From Nemertoderma westbladi (lineage: Eukaryota; Animalia; Xenacoelomorpha), in the NCBI GenBank assembly GCA_032718475.1, contig JAUCBJ010004763.1, positions 1 to 37,816 on the forward strand: a stretch of 37,816 bases of DNA, read 5' to 3'. The notes under the pieces are model-generated. The model had not been told where the DNA came from and made no database searches. It saw only the letters and a program-made list of their open reading frames with translations. Made by a program: the position numbers and the translations under genes. Position 1 is the stretch's first letter; each line of letters starts with the position of its first letter. Shown piece by piece: positions 11,332 to 23,900 of the stretch.

Positions 11332-12959
11332 GTTTTGGAAGCTTTGCATAAAATATTTTTCATGTTGCTATGGTGCTAAGTAAACACGCTCGACTAAATA
11401 CTGCACACACATATAGTTATTTCCGGTGGTAACTAGGCCTAATCTTCAGTTTAATACATTTTTGGTATTTTTTTATTATGTTGTCCGGCGAAATGAAAAC
11501 AAAAATGTTAAAATTGTAGCACAATTGGGTAATTTTTCAGCGATTCACACCACGAACATGGGTTGGTGTGAGGATCTGGTCCCCGCTACTGCTTGAATAG
11601 CTGATAAGAGTAAGTGAAACACCAACAATCGGAGGCAACCCCTGTCCCCGCATCTCTTGGCTGTTCCCTGTAACACAGGGAGGGCGCCACACCAACACGC
11701 GCAAGAAACAATGCAGCGTAAGAAGGTTGAATAACTTATCACTCAACATTGGCGCTGTTAGTAGCATTTATATCAATGATCTCTCTAGGGAACCTCTTTA
11801 ACTTTAACCAAATTTGAGCAGACGGTTTTACTTGACAGAGCCGCTTTCTTTCCTTTAACCAAATGCAAACTGTAGGCCTAACTCTTTACTCAACATTGAT
11901 GCTGTAAAAAAAACCGCAGTCATCAAATCCAATGTCTTTGTCTACCCATATAGAACGCATTGGGTGTCTATGGTCGACTTGACTCTACTGTAGGATCATG
12001 AATGCAGATTTTCTTATTTATAATAATGTTATACTGTAGAACATTTATTTGTTCTTCATTTTGTAGAAAAGTATTTTTATTCCAAAATTGTAACATTACT
12101 CAACGCCGTTAGTATTAACAGCGAGTTGTTATTTAGCACTTTACAACTTTAGAGGACATTACAGCATTGTATTGGCCTGTACATTTAGTATTGTATTTGG
12201 TGTTATTGTTTACGTGGTAACCCAGGACGGCGTTAAGTAATATCCACTAAGGGGATATAACTTAACGCCGTCATTGGATACCACGTAAACAATAGGTGGA
12301 AATTTGCCTGACAGCCAGATAGGCCTACTGCATTACCTACCGGTAGGCGGGATATAGCTATTAATAACCAGTATGGCTTAGCTATATTATTATAACATGG
12401 CTCAAACGCCACCATAAATATAAGCTAACTTATTTATAACATAATTTATGTCAATTTTACATTTATTTATACAGCAACTAATTTAATTTGTGCAGTTTCT
12501 TTATCACTTATAATGTATATGTACAATCATTTCGTAATGTTAAAATTTTGGAATAAAACTACATACATACTTATTGCAAAGTAATTTACAGTGTTCTGAT
12601 CCTCGTGGCTTTATTTTCACTCACTCACTCACTAACGTTCGTTCGTGTAACAAAGCCACTCGGATTATCACACTGTAAAGTGCTACTTTACACACAAGTA
12701 TGTATAGTTATTATTGTATTGAAATCAGAGGCAGTACCTCTACATGGCCCTCCCTGCACACCTGCATCCCTAAAATATGGAGGTAACACACCCACAGTCC
12801 CTGAACAGTGAGTAAATTCACAATTTGACTCCATTATCAAGACCACTGCATTTTACCAGACATTTCAGGAAACGGGTGAACCCATTACTTATATAATTGA
12901 GATGTACAATGCATGATGCCTCGATTGTAAGCGACCTAAACGTTTTTGCGCGGCCTAAA

Positions 12960-13515
12960 CTGACAGCAAACAACCGACAGCAGACTACCGTCAGCAGACA
13001 ACCGATAGCAGACAACCGACAGCATATAACCGACAGACGACAGCAGATAGCAATATCAAAAGAGATTTATAAGTAATAATATACCAATAATAATAAATAT
13101 ATTGAAAGTATTATTTTACAAATCAGTATCTTTAACGATAAACTAATGTAAAAACATACATACTGTACATACATTCTCTTACTCAATATCTTTATAACTG
13201 AACACTCAACTCTACATAATATCAACTGTACCCCCCCCCCCCCCCTTCCCATCTCTCCCCAGTCTTTACATAATATCAAAATCCCCAAAACAAGAACGAC
13301 AACTGTTCAATCTCGACCTAACATATTCACTTACACCTTACAACCTTAAAACAAATATTCTACAGTAATTATTAGATACTAATCCGTATTCACCACACGG
13401 TTGTCTGCTGCCGCCTGTCGATGTCTACAACTGTCGTTGTCTGCTAGGTCGGTTATCTGCTGTCGGTTATCTGATGTTGGTTGTCGGCTGTAGGTCGTCG
13501 GCTGTCTTTTGTCGG
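12960..13515. mobile_element. Degenerate foldback-like element with inverted arrays of a ~14-bp unit (GACAACCGACAGCA)
   Basis: About 6 units at 12960..13050 and their reverse complements (TGCTGTCGGTTATC-like) at about 13398..13515. True termini and TSD not resolved. Confidence 0.5.
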
Positions 13516-13950
13516 CGTAACTTTTACACACATTGCAAAGCTGTGGAATATGGGGGGACTGTTATGGGTTATACAGTATATGGCTCTGGGTTCATCGTGG
13601 GAAGTCTGTGTCAGACAGCATTGGATTCCTTGGATGCACACTGTATATAAGGATTCTGCGTGGGATACTAAATGTCTCTAATGGTGTCTCAAATACACCT
13701 TGTTCTCGGAATATAGCGTCGTTATTCGGGTACCTTGCACCCCAAAATTTTCTTTTTACAAATCTGAAAGAGATAGCATGAAACTGAAAACAGAGATAGT
13801 TTCATCTCCCTCCTCCTTTATGGGTGAGCCTGAATTTTGATTTTGGTTTTCATTCTTTAGCTACGAATGATTAAAAAAATTCATCCAATTCATATAAACA
13901 CAGAATCATGACCTATACTATATAGATACGACCCGCCAAGGTTGTTAGGA

Positions 13951-14037
13951 CCGGGTCGCAATTGTCAGGATCCAGATAAAAAGATGTAATGTATATCATT
14001 GATAAATATCATTGTATCATTGACAATTGCGACCCGG
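13951..14037. repeat. 17-bp perfect inverted repeat, possible tiny MITE
   Basis: CCGGGTCGCAATTGTCA (13951..13967) and TGACAATTGCGACCCGG (14021..14037). No clear TSD. Confidence 0.55.
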
Positions 14038-14199
14038 ACAATAGTGGATGAACCCCCCACCCCCCCCCCCCCCCCCACCTGGAGGCTGAGAGGTGAGGCT
14101 GACAGAAATATACACTTCACTGCTTGAACCAAACAGCTAACTGTACATTACTTTGTACAACATAACATTTTTAAAATACGGTAGTACAGTACAATGGTG

Positions 14200-14575
14200 G
14201 TACATACTGTATTTTGCAAGTATTTATATGTTTTACTACAAAGAAACCTGATGAACAAACTTTTAAATACTTACAAAATGCATTGCAAGTATTTATACGT
14301 TTTTCTAAACCCAAAATATGACATTGAATTTAAACAAACTATCAAATCTATATAAAATCCATTGCAAGTATATATATATGTTGTATATGTATATGTATAT
14401 ATATGTTTTTTTTAACGCAAAATGTGTCTTTTTGAATTTAAACAAACCACCAATTCTATACAAATTCCATTGCAAGTATTTATGTTTTTTTTCTAAACGC
14501 AAAATGCCTCTTTGAATTTCAACAAACCATTAAATCCATACAAAATCCTTAGCAAATATTTGTATGTTTTTTTAC
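14200..14575. repeat. Degenerate ~80-bp AT-rich tandem repeat, block 1
   Basis: TTGAATTT.AACAAAC...CATTGCAAGTATTTATATGTTTTT unit recurs at 14324, 14432 and 14512. Confidence 0.7.
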
Positions 14576-14770
14576 AGGTTATAAATATTAGCTTGTAATA
14601 TAGATTACATTAAAATAATAATACATTCCCTTCAAAGAACCTAATAAATAATACCCACACAATCCTCAATGTGGCGCACAATACTCAATGTGGCGCACAA
14701 TACTGCTATACTAGTCAGCCAGTACCATTAATTCTATAATTATCTGATTTCAGACTTGTTTGGTGGGTGT

Positions 14771-15030
14771 TTGAAAAAGGTGGACTGGACACAGAAAACA
14801 TGGACAACGGACAGACCAATCAGAAACGTATTATGTAAAGCAGTTTGTAGCAATTGGTCTGTCCACCTTTTTCAAGTTTTCGCTTTCCTAGTTACATAAT
14901 TGGGAATAAGATGTGTGTTTGAAAAAGGTGGACTGCACACATGCACAAATAACATAGATAATGGTCTGACCAATCAGAAACGTATTAAAGCAATGCTATT
15001 TATTAGTGATTGGACTGTCCACCTTTTTCA
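14771..15030. mobile_element. Two tandem ~105-110-bp MITE-like units with TGAAAAAGGTGGAC / GTCCACCTTTTTCA inverted ends
   Basis: Copy 1 is 14771..14875 and copy 2 is 14919..15030. Both share an internal GACCAATCAGAAACGTATTA. Confidence 0.6.
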
Positions 15031-16214
15031 GGTTTCAATTATCTATCTATAATGGGCATGTGGAAGCAGCTGCATTAAGAATGCTGTCGGTGTCCCAGGC
15101 GTATCTAACCCCCCCGCGCAGATTGCCCCCCTATAGACTTAATTTTGTGGAATTTAGGATCCAAAATATTTAAGGTTGGGGTTACATGGCAGTTTTAATT
15201 AAGGTTTTGGGCCTCCATTTCCACTTTGAATTAGGGTTTCGGACCGCCACTCCCAAAATATGGGGACTTATTTACCTCCCTCGCTGCGCTCGGTCGTTTA
15301 ATAACAGATCTCGGGGTGAACGGTAAATAAATCATATTATATTTCCATCTCAGTACAATAGGTAGTTATTATAATTAACTTTATACTGTAATGAGTTCGA
15401 ATATTGACGTTCCAATATTGATTCTAAGGCTAAGGCTCAGCTCACAGACTTCGTGGCTCGCCCCATATTATTGAACTAGGCCTATTTCGACAACTTCGGT
15501 TGGTCACAGTAAGTACACTGTAAACCCCATACAGGCATTTCACCATAAAACTTTTGTTGCTCCATCTGCATCACGAATTTTAATCCATGTTGACATAAAA
15601 CAAATCGCCTTTTTACCATAAAAAGTTAATATCAGTATACGTAGAAGTATTGGTCAACTATCGTGTATAATAAATATGTTGATAGATATACCATAAATTA
15701 TTTATGGTAATGGTCAATTGCATAAAACTTTTATCAAATACGAAACAATATTGTTATGGTGACTTTTACATAACTTTTTAACCTTACTTTAACCTTTTAA
15801 CCTTAAAGCGTAACTTTTAGTTACCTTTTGGGTCATATCGTTTGAATAACACATAATATATTATTTATGGGCAAATGATATATTTCGCGTTAAATTTTTC
15901 ATGGCCAATTATACCTTCCTGTCAGATTCATTGTATGACATATAATAAATCTTTTATGGTCAAATGATGTATTTTGCGCTATATTTTTAATGGCGACTCA
16001 GTTAAGCATGCAGTAAAACCTACAATACCAATTAACCTGCTATAATAATAGATGCCTTAAAAATATTGATTATTATCGATATTACAGCTAGACGCATCCT
16101 TCTGCATGCTCAAGTGAGTGCATCATAATGAAGGCCTGTAGGTTGATCAAGAATTAAATAGATATAATTATTATCGGTATCTTTAATTATCCACTATTTC
16201 TAAAATATACTAAA

Positions 16215-16480
16215 TGAAAAAATCATTCAAACCTTACAATAGACACAAACAATCTTTTTGAATTTAAACAAACTATCAAATCTATACAAAATCCATTGCA
16301 AGTATTTATATGTTTTTCTAAAGGCAAAATGCCTTTTTGAATTTCAACAAACCGTTAAATCCATACAAAATCCTTAGCAAGTATTTGTATGTTTTTTTAA
16401 ACGCTGAATATGCCATTTCTAATTTAAAAAATCATTCAAATGCTTACTAAATATTTTAGTAGCATTTGTATGTTTTACAA
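16215..16480. repeat. Degenerate ~80-bp AT-rich tandem repeat, block 2 (same family as 14200..14575)
   Basis: Unit starts at 16258 and 16337 (79 bp apart). TTTGAATTTCAACAAACC.TTAAATCCATACAAAATCCTTAGCAA is shared with block 1. Confidence 0.7.
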
Positions 16481-16699
16481 CATTCTAGATTGATCTAAAT
16501 GTGTACTTATAATTTAATAATTATTTCTAAATACTTATTTGTGCACATATAAAATTATCTAAATTCCACATGCTTTCTACATGCTCTATAAATGCTTTGT
16601 GGGTTTATGCAAATTTTGTAAATGCTGTGACACGGGGCACTACTGCGTTAGGCATTACATTTCTGGTGACTGCTGAGTGCTGACTGCATTATGCTGTTA

Positions 16700-17188
16700 G
16701 GCCCCCCTCACACGGAGCAACTTGTTTCTGCAACTTGTTTCTGAAACTTGTTGCTGGACCCCCTCACACACAGAAACAAGTTGCTGCAACTTGTTTCTGC
16801 AACTTGTTTCCGAAACTTGTTAAGCAACTTGTTGCTGGCCCCCCCTCAAGAAAATAACAATTATTTCAAAACGAATAGCTAACATGTCCAGTCATATATA
16901 TATAATATCAAATCGCTGAATTTATCGAATATTAGCTATAATATAAAAATTGGATGTAAAAAAGGTTTTTAAAAAAGTTGTTGTGAATATAACTTCCAGC
17001 AACTTGTTGCTGGACCCCCTCACTCCTCACACACAGAAATAAGTTGCGGAATCAAGTTGCAGCAACTTGTTGCTGGACCCCCTCACACACAGAAACAAGT
17101 TTCGGAAACATCTTGCAGCAACAAGTTTCTGTGTGTGAGGGGGTCCAGCAACAAGTTTCAGAAACAAGTTGCTCCGTGTGAGGGGGCC
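16700..17188. mobile_element. PIF/Harbinger (Tourist-like) MITE, 489 bp
   Basis: TTA|GGCCCCCCTCACACGGAGCAACTTGTTTCTG ... CAGAAACAAGTTGCTCCGTGTGAGGGGGCC|TTA. Long TIR, 3-bp TTA TSD, GGCC termini, and internal repeats of CAACTTGTT and GGACCCCCTCACACACAGAAA. Confidence 0.85.
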
Positions 17189-17235
17189 TTACTGTGTTAG
17201 GCATCATTTCAATGCCTTATCATTATTACATTACC

Positions 17236-17851
17236 TGATTACGTCCGTACCTGTTTTTATTTACCTATTTATTATCACCTCTACACGGGCTGCCAATCAA
17301 GGGGGCCTAATCTTGGTCTGGACATAGTACAGTATCTGAATCTGTATGCAGGCAGTAGCAGTTATAGTTGGAAAGTGCTGCTCGCGCGCTCGGGCAACAG
17401 TGGCATTCAGTTCGACTATGTAGTCACGGCTTTTCTGCAGAACAGATGACACCAGGACCATCCACTAACATTTGTACATTTCGACGGGCGATATATTCAG
17501 TAAACCCGGAATCTGTTCCGACTTCAGTGTGCTAAATGCCTCAAATTCCCTGGAGACCGCCTGTAAAAAGAATATACCGTCCATCGTCCATCGAAATTCA
17601 TGAAGGAGAGTAAAATTAGTTTCTTTATCTGATGTAGAGATGAAGCTACTGCTGGACTTGGGGTTGGGCGGCCGATTATTTTTTAAGAACCATCACGCTA
17701 CGGTTATTCTCCTGCCTAAACCAGCGGAACTCCTGTCTGAATCCCCCGAAGACATACTGTATCGGCCCTTTCGGAGGATTTCAAGCAAGTACAGTAAGAC
17801 AATGCGTGACCACCTTAACAATGTTCGCTTCTTAGATTTAATAAACAAAGG
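17236..17851 (-). pseudogene. Possible decayed exon with immunoglobulin-like pattern
   Basis: GC-richer island. Minus-strand frames give FRWFR and, across one frameshift and a stop, DGIFFLQAVSREFE/GI*HTEVGT...VQMLVDGP, resembling Ig strands C, E, F and G. Many stops; weak. Confidence 0.25.
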
Positions 17852-18065
17852 CTATTGATACATAATAGATGCTGAGATAAATTATTATTACGACTTCAAT
17901 ATAATGAGGAACTGAAATTATTTAGGGGAATTATTATTAACTATCCTGGAATATAGTGTCGTTTAAGGATTTGAGGAACTGATACTTTATATTACTCTAG
18001 TTGATGAGGAATTAAGAGATTCATATTCATTTACTACCGTCATCCTGAGTTACCGGTACGTTTAA

Positions 18066-19100
18066 CCCTATCTGGCCCGGGCTATTTTACTCTAAGCACT
18101 GTACTTACATACTGTATATGAGGGGGGGGGGGGGGGGGGGGTTACATTATAATTTTTTTAGATATATTGGTTCAACAATTACAATTTTAATGGTATAAGG
18201 GTTTTCGAGGTCGCTGATCAAGATGAAAGTAGTTATAAATATTTCTGGTATCAATTTCTGGCACCCAATTTTCGTGTCATTCTGGTGCCCCAGAACGAAA
18301 AGTACAAGTAGCAAAAAAATCAAACTGTTAAATTTTGCCTTTGGTTTTATAATTCTGAAGCTACAGTATAGTGGTTTTCAAAGCCGCTGATAACGATACA
18401 ACTCGTTAAAAATCATTCGTGGTAACGCAACTATCGTTTTTGGTGTTTGTATGGTGGGACGAAAAATACAAGTAAGACCTCATAAGATTTCAAACGGCAA
18501 AAATCAAATTTGATTAGATAATGCGATATTTATGAGTGTCATATTCCTGATCACCATCCCAGTAAACCCATAATGTCATAATTAATAATAATTCGTAATG
18601 ATTCGGTAATGATTTTTGATTATCAAAATTGTGCTACTTGTATTTTTCGTGCCGCACATTGACACATCCAAAAATACCCTAATCAATAAGGTATGATATT
18701 TTAAAATGTCATATTCGTGATCAGCATGCCAAAAACCCATATGTTCTTAAAATCAAAGGTGATTTTTAATTATCATATTTCCACTTAACAGTAGGCCTAC
18801 TTGTTTTTTTCGTGCTCCAGGGGCACAAATAATTGACTAATAACTAATATAACAACATGCCTATTTTGTTATATTACACAACTCTTCGATATGTTTGATG
18901 TAGGTAGAGGAATAAACCTTCCCAATGAAATCAGCAAATTCTAAAACCTCAGTAACCAAACTATGGCCAATTTACCACGTTTGAAAAAAGTGCTACTTGC
19001 ACATTTGGTGCTCTTTTAGTATCTATTGATAAAAAATGAAAATTTTGCTTCTAATCTTGCTTTCGATTACTAATAATGAATTCAACAAACCCAAAAAAGT
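18066..19100. mobile_element. Non-autonomous DNA element with piggyBac-like left end and internally mirrored repeats
   Basis: TTAA|CCCTATCTGGCCCGGG at 18062. CGAAAAATACAAGTAG-like motifs (about 18295, 18460) are mirrored by CTACTTGTATTTTTCG-like motifs (about 18634, 18797), and GGTTTT...GCTGAT is mirrored by ATCAGC...AAAACCC. Right terminus not found. Confidence 0.45.
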
Positions 19101-21874
19101 ATAGTATAGTTTCATGGTTATACCAGTCTTTAAAGGCTGATGTATTTTGTGTAATTTTACCAATATTTTACCAATAATATTAATATAATATTAATTTTAC
19201 CAATATCTCGAAAACTAATGAAATTATTAAATTTTTATTTGCCTCATCTGAAAGAGGAGATAATTTTAGTTAGGGACAGGTACTTTGAACGCGCTAGACA
19301 TATTTCTTCAGGGATTCTATCTAAGAGAAATAACTGGCCCACTAAATTTAGGGGCTTTGCAGCAGCTTGTCGCTGCTGCTTGGCGGGTCGTATCTATACA
19401 TGTAGTGGGTACTGTAGTAGTACTGTACATGTAGGCCTAGTAGGTCATGACAGAATGAATAAAAAGTACAGTAGGCTTATAATCAACTTATTTACATGTT
19501 TCCATTGGATAATTAAAATATTCTACAGTACTAAAAGCTACTAAGTACACAGCACCGGTGAAATGAGATAAACGTAAAGCTGATAATATATATTTTTTTG
19601 TAAAAACAACAAGTGCAACAAATAGTTGACAATTAGCCCCCCCCCCCCCCCCCACCCCTTCCGCCACGAATTAGCACATTAAATACACTGCATCCTTGCC
19701 CTCTCGTGAACAAAGAAAATAATGGCAATGGAAAATCGATGAGAAGCATCAACCTATTTCCTTGTAAACTATTTTTGAACTCTAAACATTATTACACATT
19801 ACTCATTTATTGCGCGCGTAACAAATTAAGTGAAGAATATGCATTGGCTTACTGTATACCACTCTAGGGAGTATACAGGTACAGTATAGGGAGAATTTCT
19901 GTTGAGTGAATTTGAGGGGTGTATACACTGATGGGTGATACATGTGGTGTATTGAAAATATTGTCTTATTTTAGTTCTGATCCGCTTGGAATAAGTACAA
20001 ATGATAAAGGTTGTACTGTATACGCGTGGTTATGGGTCATAATACGCGTAGTGTGCGTAGCACCTACGCGTAGTTAATGTTAAAACTTTGAAACTGGTGG
20101 TGATATATGACCCAGTGTGTCGAACTACGCGTATTCGAAAAGGTTTACCCTGTGCTACCTATCCTTGTCTGGCTCAGTGCTGCACTTTGCACTGCCTCAG
20201 ACATCAGCTGTCTGTAACTCCAGAACTCCTGAACTGTAACCTACTGCTGTACCGCAGTACCGGTAGTGCAGTACTGCATAGCTACTACATAGCATGCAAC
20301 TGGTGCTAGGATACTCAGATATTGCAATTGTAGTAGTAGTGCAGTGCAGTACTGCAGTAGGCGTAGGCCTATACCGTAATTACTGTATCAATCTTGCTAG
20401 GCCCCTACAGCTGTACAGCGCTACAGCCCAATCACATTTCAGCATTTATCTTGTTCAAAGCTCAGAAGAATGAAAGATGCAACCTGCTTAGGCTGTTTGC
20501 TGTTAGTTGTTATGTGTTACTCCAGTGTTAGTGTTAGGGAACTGTAGAACTGTAGCCTACTGGATACTGGCATACCATACCGTCAGGCATCAGTATCAGA
20601 CCATTATTCGAATTTTTTATTAGGGCCTATATCAGCATTCAGCATACCCTGCAGCCCTGATACCTACCGGCAGACCGGTATATCAGTATATACTGATATA
20701 TACTAGTACAGTAGTACTGCAGTATATACAGATATACCGGTCATGCGGTCAGCCGGTCCGGTCCCGGCACCCGGTACCATTACAGCATTACCATCATACA
20801 GCGACTGAGCGATACAGCCAGACCCCCTGACCCCCGCCACCCGCCATATAGGCCTACAGATCTGCAGATATATCAGCATACCCATACACACGCTTTTTGG
20901 CGTACTTTGCCAGACACATAGATACCGGTATGTGTTCAATTTTCAATTTATGTTTCTGTCTACTGTCTGACTGCTGGACTGTGCATAAAAAGTAGCCTAT
21001 TACTTTGTTTGTTATTCTGGCGATACTAATACAGTACCGGCTGACCGGTAATAACATACTGACAGTGACAGACTGACAGAGACATGACTGATTAGGTCTG
21101 ACACTGACATAGACGATAGACCTAACAGCCTAACCCTACAACCTAAGTTAAGTAACATAACGATTAACGAACGATAACTTGGTAACATATTAGGCCTACT
21201 TCAGTACCGGTACTTATCCTGTTAGTTATGGCTATGGCCTGTCGCAAATTAGCAAATAATATGAGGCTGTGAGGATTAACTTAACAGATTAAATAGCAGC
21301 CAGTTCAGCAGTTCCATTTGAATTTTGAACGAGGTTTTGAATGATTTGAAAATGAGATTTTGTCAATGATTGATTACATGACAATATTCCCGTCGCTGTC
21401 CCTGTTAGGCCTAGTCTTTTGTAGTGCATTGTAGGTTAAGATATGAACAGAAAGCCATTTATTAAAAGTTGCTGATTCGATTCACATTGACAGTCCTCAG
21501 TCCATTATTATTAATATCACTCTATGTGCTATGTATTTATAAAAATTAAATTAAAAGTACATGAGGAGAGAAAACAACCAGGAACCAGGTTATTAAAAAT
21601 TAAACACTTATGGTTGCCCGAACAGGCTCTAAAATTACACAAAAATACAGAAATATATTCTACAAAATAAAATTAAAATTAACGCAACAATGTCCTGATG
21701 TCATAAGCCTAGTCTACGAATTTCTGAAAATTGTTTGAAAAAAAAAAAAATTTGGTGCAGTGAATAAAGATAGGGGGCCTAGGCCTATCATATTTACAAT
21801 CAAAATAAAAAAGCATAAAACGGTGCAGTAGAATAGACAAGCAGTGTTGAAAATATAAAATAAAATAAATAGGC

Positions 21875-22183
21875 CTACAAGGGTACAGTAAACAGTAGGC
21901 TAGATGGGTCGCACTCTGCTACATGTTGATTACAATCGGCTTTATTTATGAAAATGGCTGGACAGTTATCACAATAGAAAAGTTTGGACATGTCAATTGC
22001 ACCGGATTTTCTTCCGCCCTGTTTCTTCGACTTAGATTTCGTAGCACTTCCTTTGGGGGTGGAAACAGCCGCATTTACATGACTGGAGCCAGTACCCCGC
22101 CCGCCGGTACTGGTACCGGATCCGATACTCAATTTGTTCCTGGAACTCATCGTTCTGGAATTCATTAGGAAAATCAAAACCAT
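21875..22183 (-). CDS. Small basic/Gly-Ser-rich protein with one C2HC zinc finger (102 aa, or shorter from a downstream ATG)
   Basis: FYCDNCPAIFINKADCNQHVAEC = F-x-C-x2-C-x3-F-x8-H-x3-C. Lys-rich NLS-like stretch KSKSKKQGGRK. GC-richer than flanks; minus-strand AATAAA near 21460. Confidence 0.65.
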   Translation of the reverse strand: MVLIFLMNSRTMSSRNKLSIGSGTSTGGRGTGSSHVNAAVSTPKGSATKSKSKKQGGRKSGAIDMSKLFYCDNCPAIFINKADCNQHVAECDPSSLLFTVPL

Positions 22184-22545
22184 ATATCATATATACAAAT
22201 ATAATATAAAATATGAAGCTTTTGGTATCAGTTGTATGGTATGTCAGTAGGTGTAGGTAGTTGTAAATATGATAGGCCTAATTGAGAATTCAGAATTTTT
22301 GAGTTAAAGAGACCATAATTGATAGTCTGCAGTGGCAGTCCTCCTTTTATACGCACGCTGTTCGCTACTATTCTGTTGAAGTACCGTTACAGTAGGCGTA
22401 GGCCCTACTCTACCAGCCTACCGGTAGTGCATTCAAAATAAAATTAAAATCTTAAATACTGAAATAGCGGTACCGGTAGGCCTACCCTTAATTAGGTAGA
22501 TTATTTGTAGAACTATTTATTTATTATTTATGTGCTGTAACAAAA
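22184..22545. promoter_or_regulatory. Candidate bidirectional promoter / 5' UTR region
   Basis: About 360 bp between divergent start codons (22183 on -, 22546 on +). Positional inference only. Confidence 0.45.
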
Positions 22546-23342
22546 ATGGAATTAGCAACGTTTCTCTCCAACTTACAAGAGAGTTCAACCCTTTTTGTCC
22601 CCGTTGTTATTGCTGTTGTTGTTCTTCTGGCCGGGTTGGTTTTATTTTTATCTGTTTTGGTGAAGGAAAAATCGTATGAAGACGCCCTCGCTGATCAACA
22701 AAAGAAAATACACAGCGATGCTATCGGCAGCTCTCAGAACAAAAAAGTGAAAGGCGCGAAAACTAAGGCGAATAATAACCGGACTGCTCGCCGCTTGCGT
22801 AAGAAAGAGAAGAACGCCGCAGTGGAAGAATATTTGCTTCCTGATGCAGAAACTGTTGATGCCGAATCAGTGAGTTTTAATGAAGATGTCCTTGTCCACG
22901 AGTTAAAGACGGCCGTCGTTCATCCGAGAGTTAAAGAGGATACCGTTAATGAGGATAAAGTTTTTGTTGATAAATCACCTAAGTTAGTTGAGAATGAGTC
23001 GTGCAACTCAGATATTAAGGATCACGAAGAGGATCGTATTGGTTCGGAATTGTCAACGATTGTCGAGTCGAAATCCTCGTCTCGCAAGAAATCCAAGAAA
23101 CGTAAGATAAAGGCGGAATTGGCTGCCCCTTCTATTGAGGTCCCCGTTGATGGTCCCGTAACGGATGATAATGTTGAAGTTGTTGTTGCAGTTCCCATGG
23201 ATACAACTCCTCCCTCACCCGAACCAGTTGTTCCTCCGTCGCCCGTAGTAACTCCGGATATCCCAGTCCCAGAGGTGACACCGGAGCCAGACGTTCCCAA
23301 GACAACCGAAACCGTTAATAAGCCGTTGAATAAACGAGAGAG
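22546..23342 (+). CDS. RRBP1: RRBP1(p180)/kinectin-like ER membrane protein, coding exon 1
   Basis: N-terminal TM helix (LFVPVVIAVVVLLAGLVLFLSVLV) followed by KEKSYEDALADQQK (family motif KETSYEEALAxQ) and a Lys-rich then Pro-rich region. Donor AG|gtaagt (phase 2). Likely co-orthologue of RRBP1 and KTN1. Confidence 0.85.
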
Positions 23343-23622
23343 GTAAGTTTATGAGCAGCTGAATTGTAGAGTTATGCAGCTGGTTTATTTGTTTTTGATC
23401 TCCGGTCTATACTCTGTGTTTACCTGCCGTATATAATTATGTTATATGTGTATTTTTGCAGATAATGAACAAAAAAATATAAATTAAAATGTGTAACTGT
23501 CAATATTTGTTTCTATATTTGTTTACCTAGGCGGCGAGGGGGGGGGGGGGGGGGGTGTATAATATTGGTTATTCGTTGAATCCTTCTTCAGGTCTATATA
23601 TTTATTCTCCGATAATTTTTAG

Positions 23623-23719
23623 GAGGAAATTGGAACAGGAGAGGCTGAGTAATTCTACCGAGTCCAAGAAGATTCGAGGTCGAAACAACAAGGAGGTCTC
23701 CACGTTGACTAACGAACAG
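23623..23719 (+). CDS. RRBP1: RRBP1/kinectin-like, coding exon 2
   Basis: tttttag|G AGG AAA ... GAA CAG|gtaagt. Phases 2 and 0 fit the neighbouring exons; translates RKLEQERLSNSTESKKIRGRNNKEVSTLTNEQ. Confidence 0.8.
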
Positions 23720-23900
23720 GTAAGTGGTAACAATCGGGTTTGTAGCGGAAAGGTAACTGTAACTAAGATATTATTCTACTGGCTGCAATATATTGGCATA
23801 CCATTGGATTATATATATTTGTGAGCCCACAGCCGTTTACATATACCGCGGTGTCCATGGTAGGTAAATATGATTAACAATGACATCAATCTGTATTCAG

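Noticed and set aside
18002-18048. C/D-box snoRNA (TGATGA ... CTGA)
   Set aside because: Too short, no terminal stem, and part of a local TGAGGAA(C/T)T repeat.
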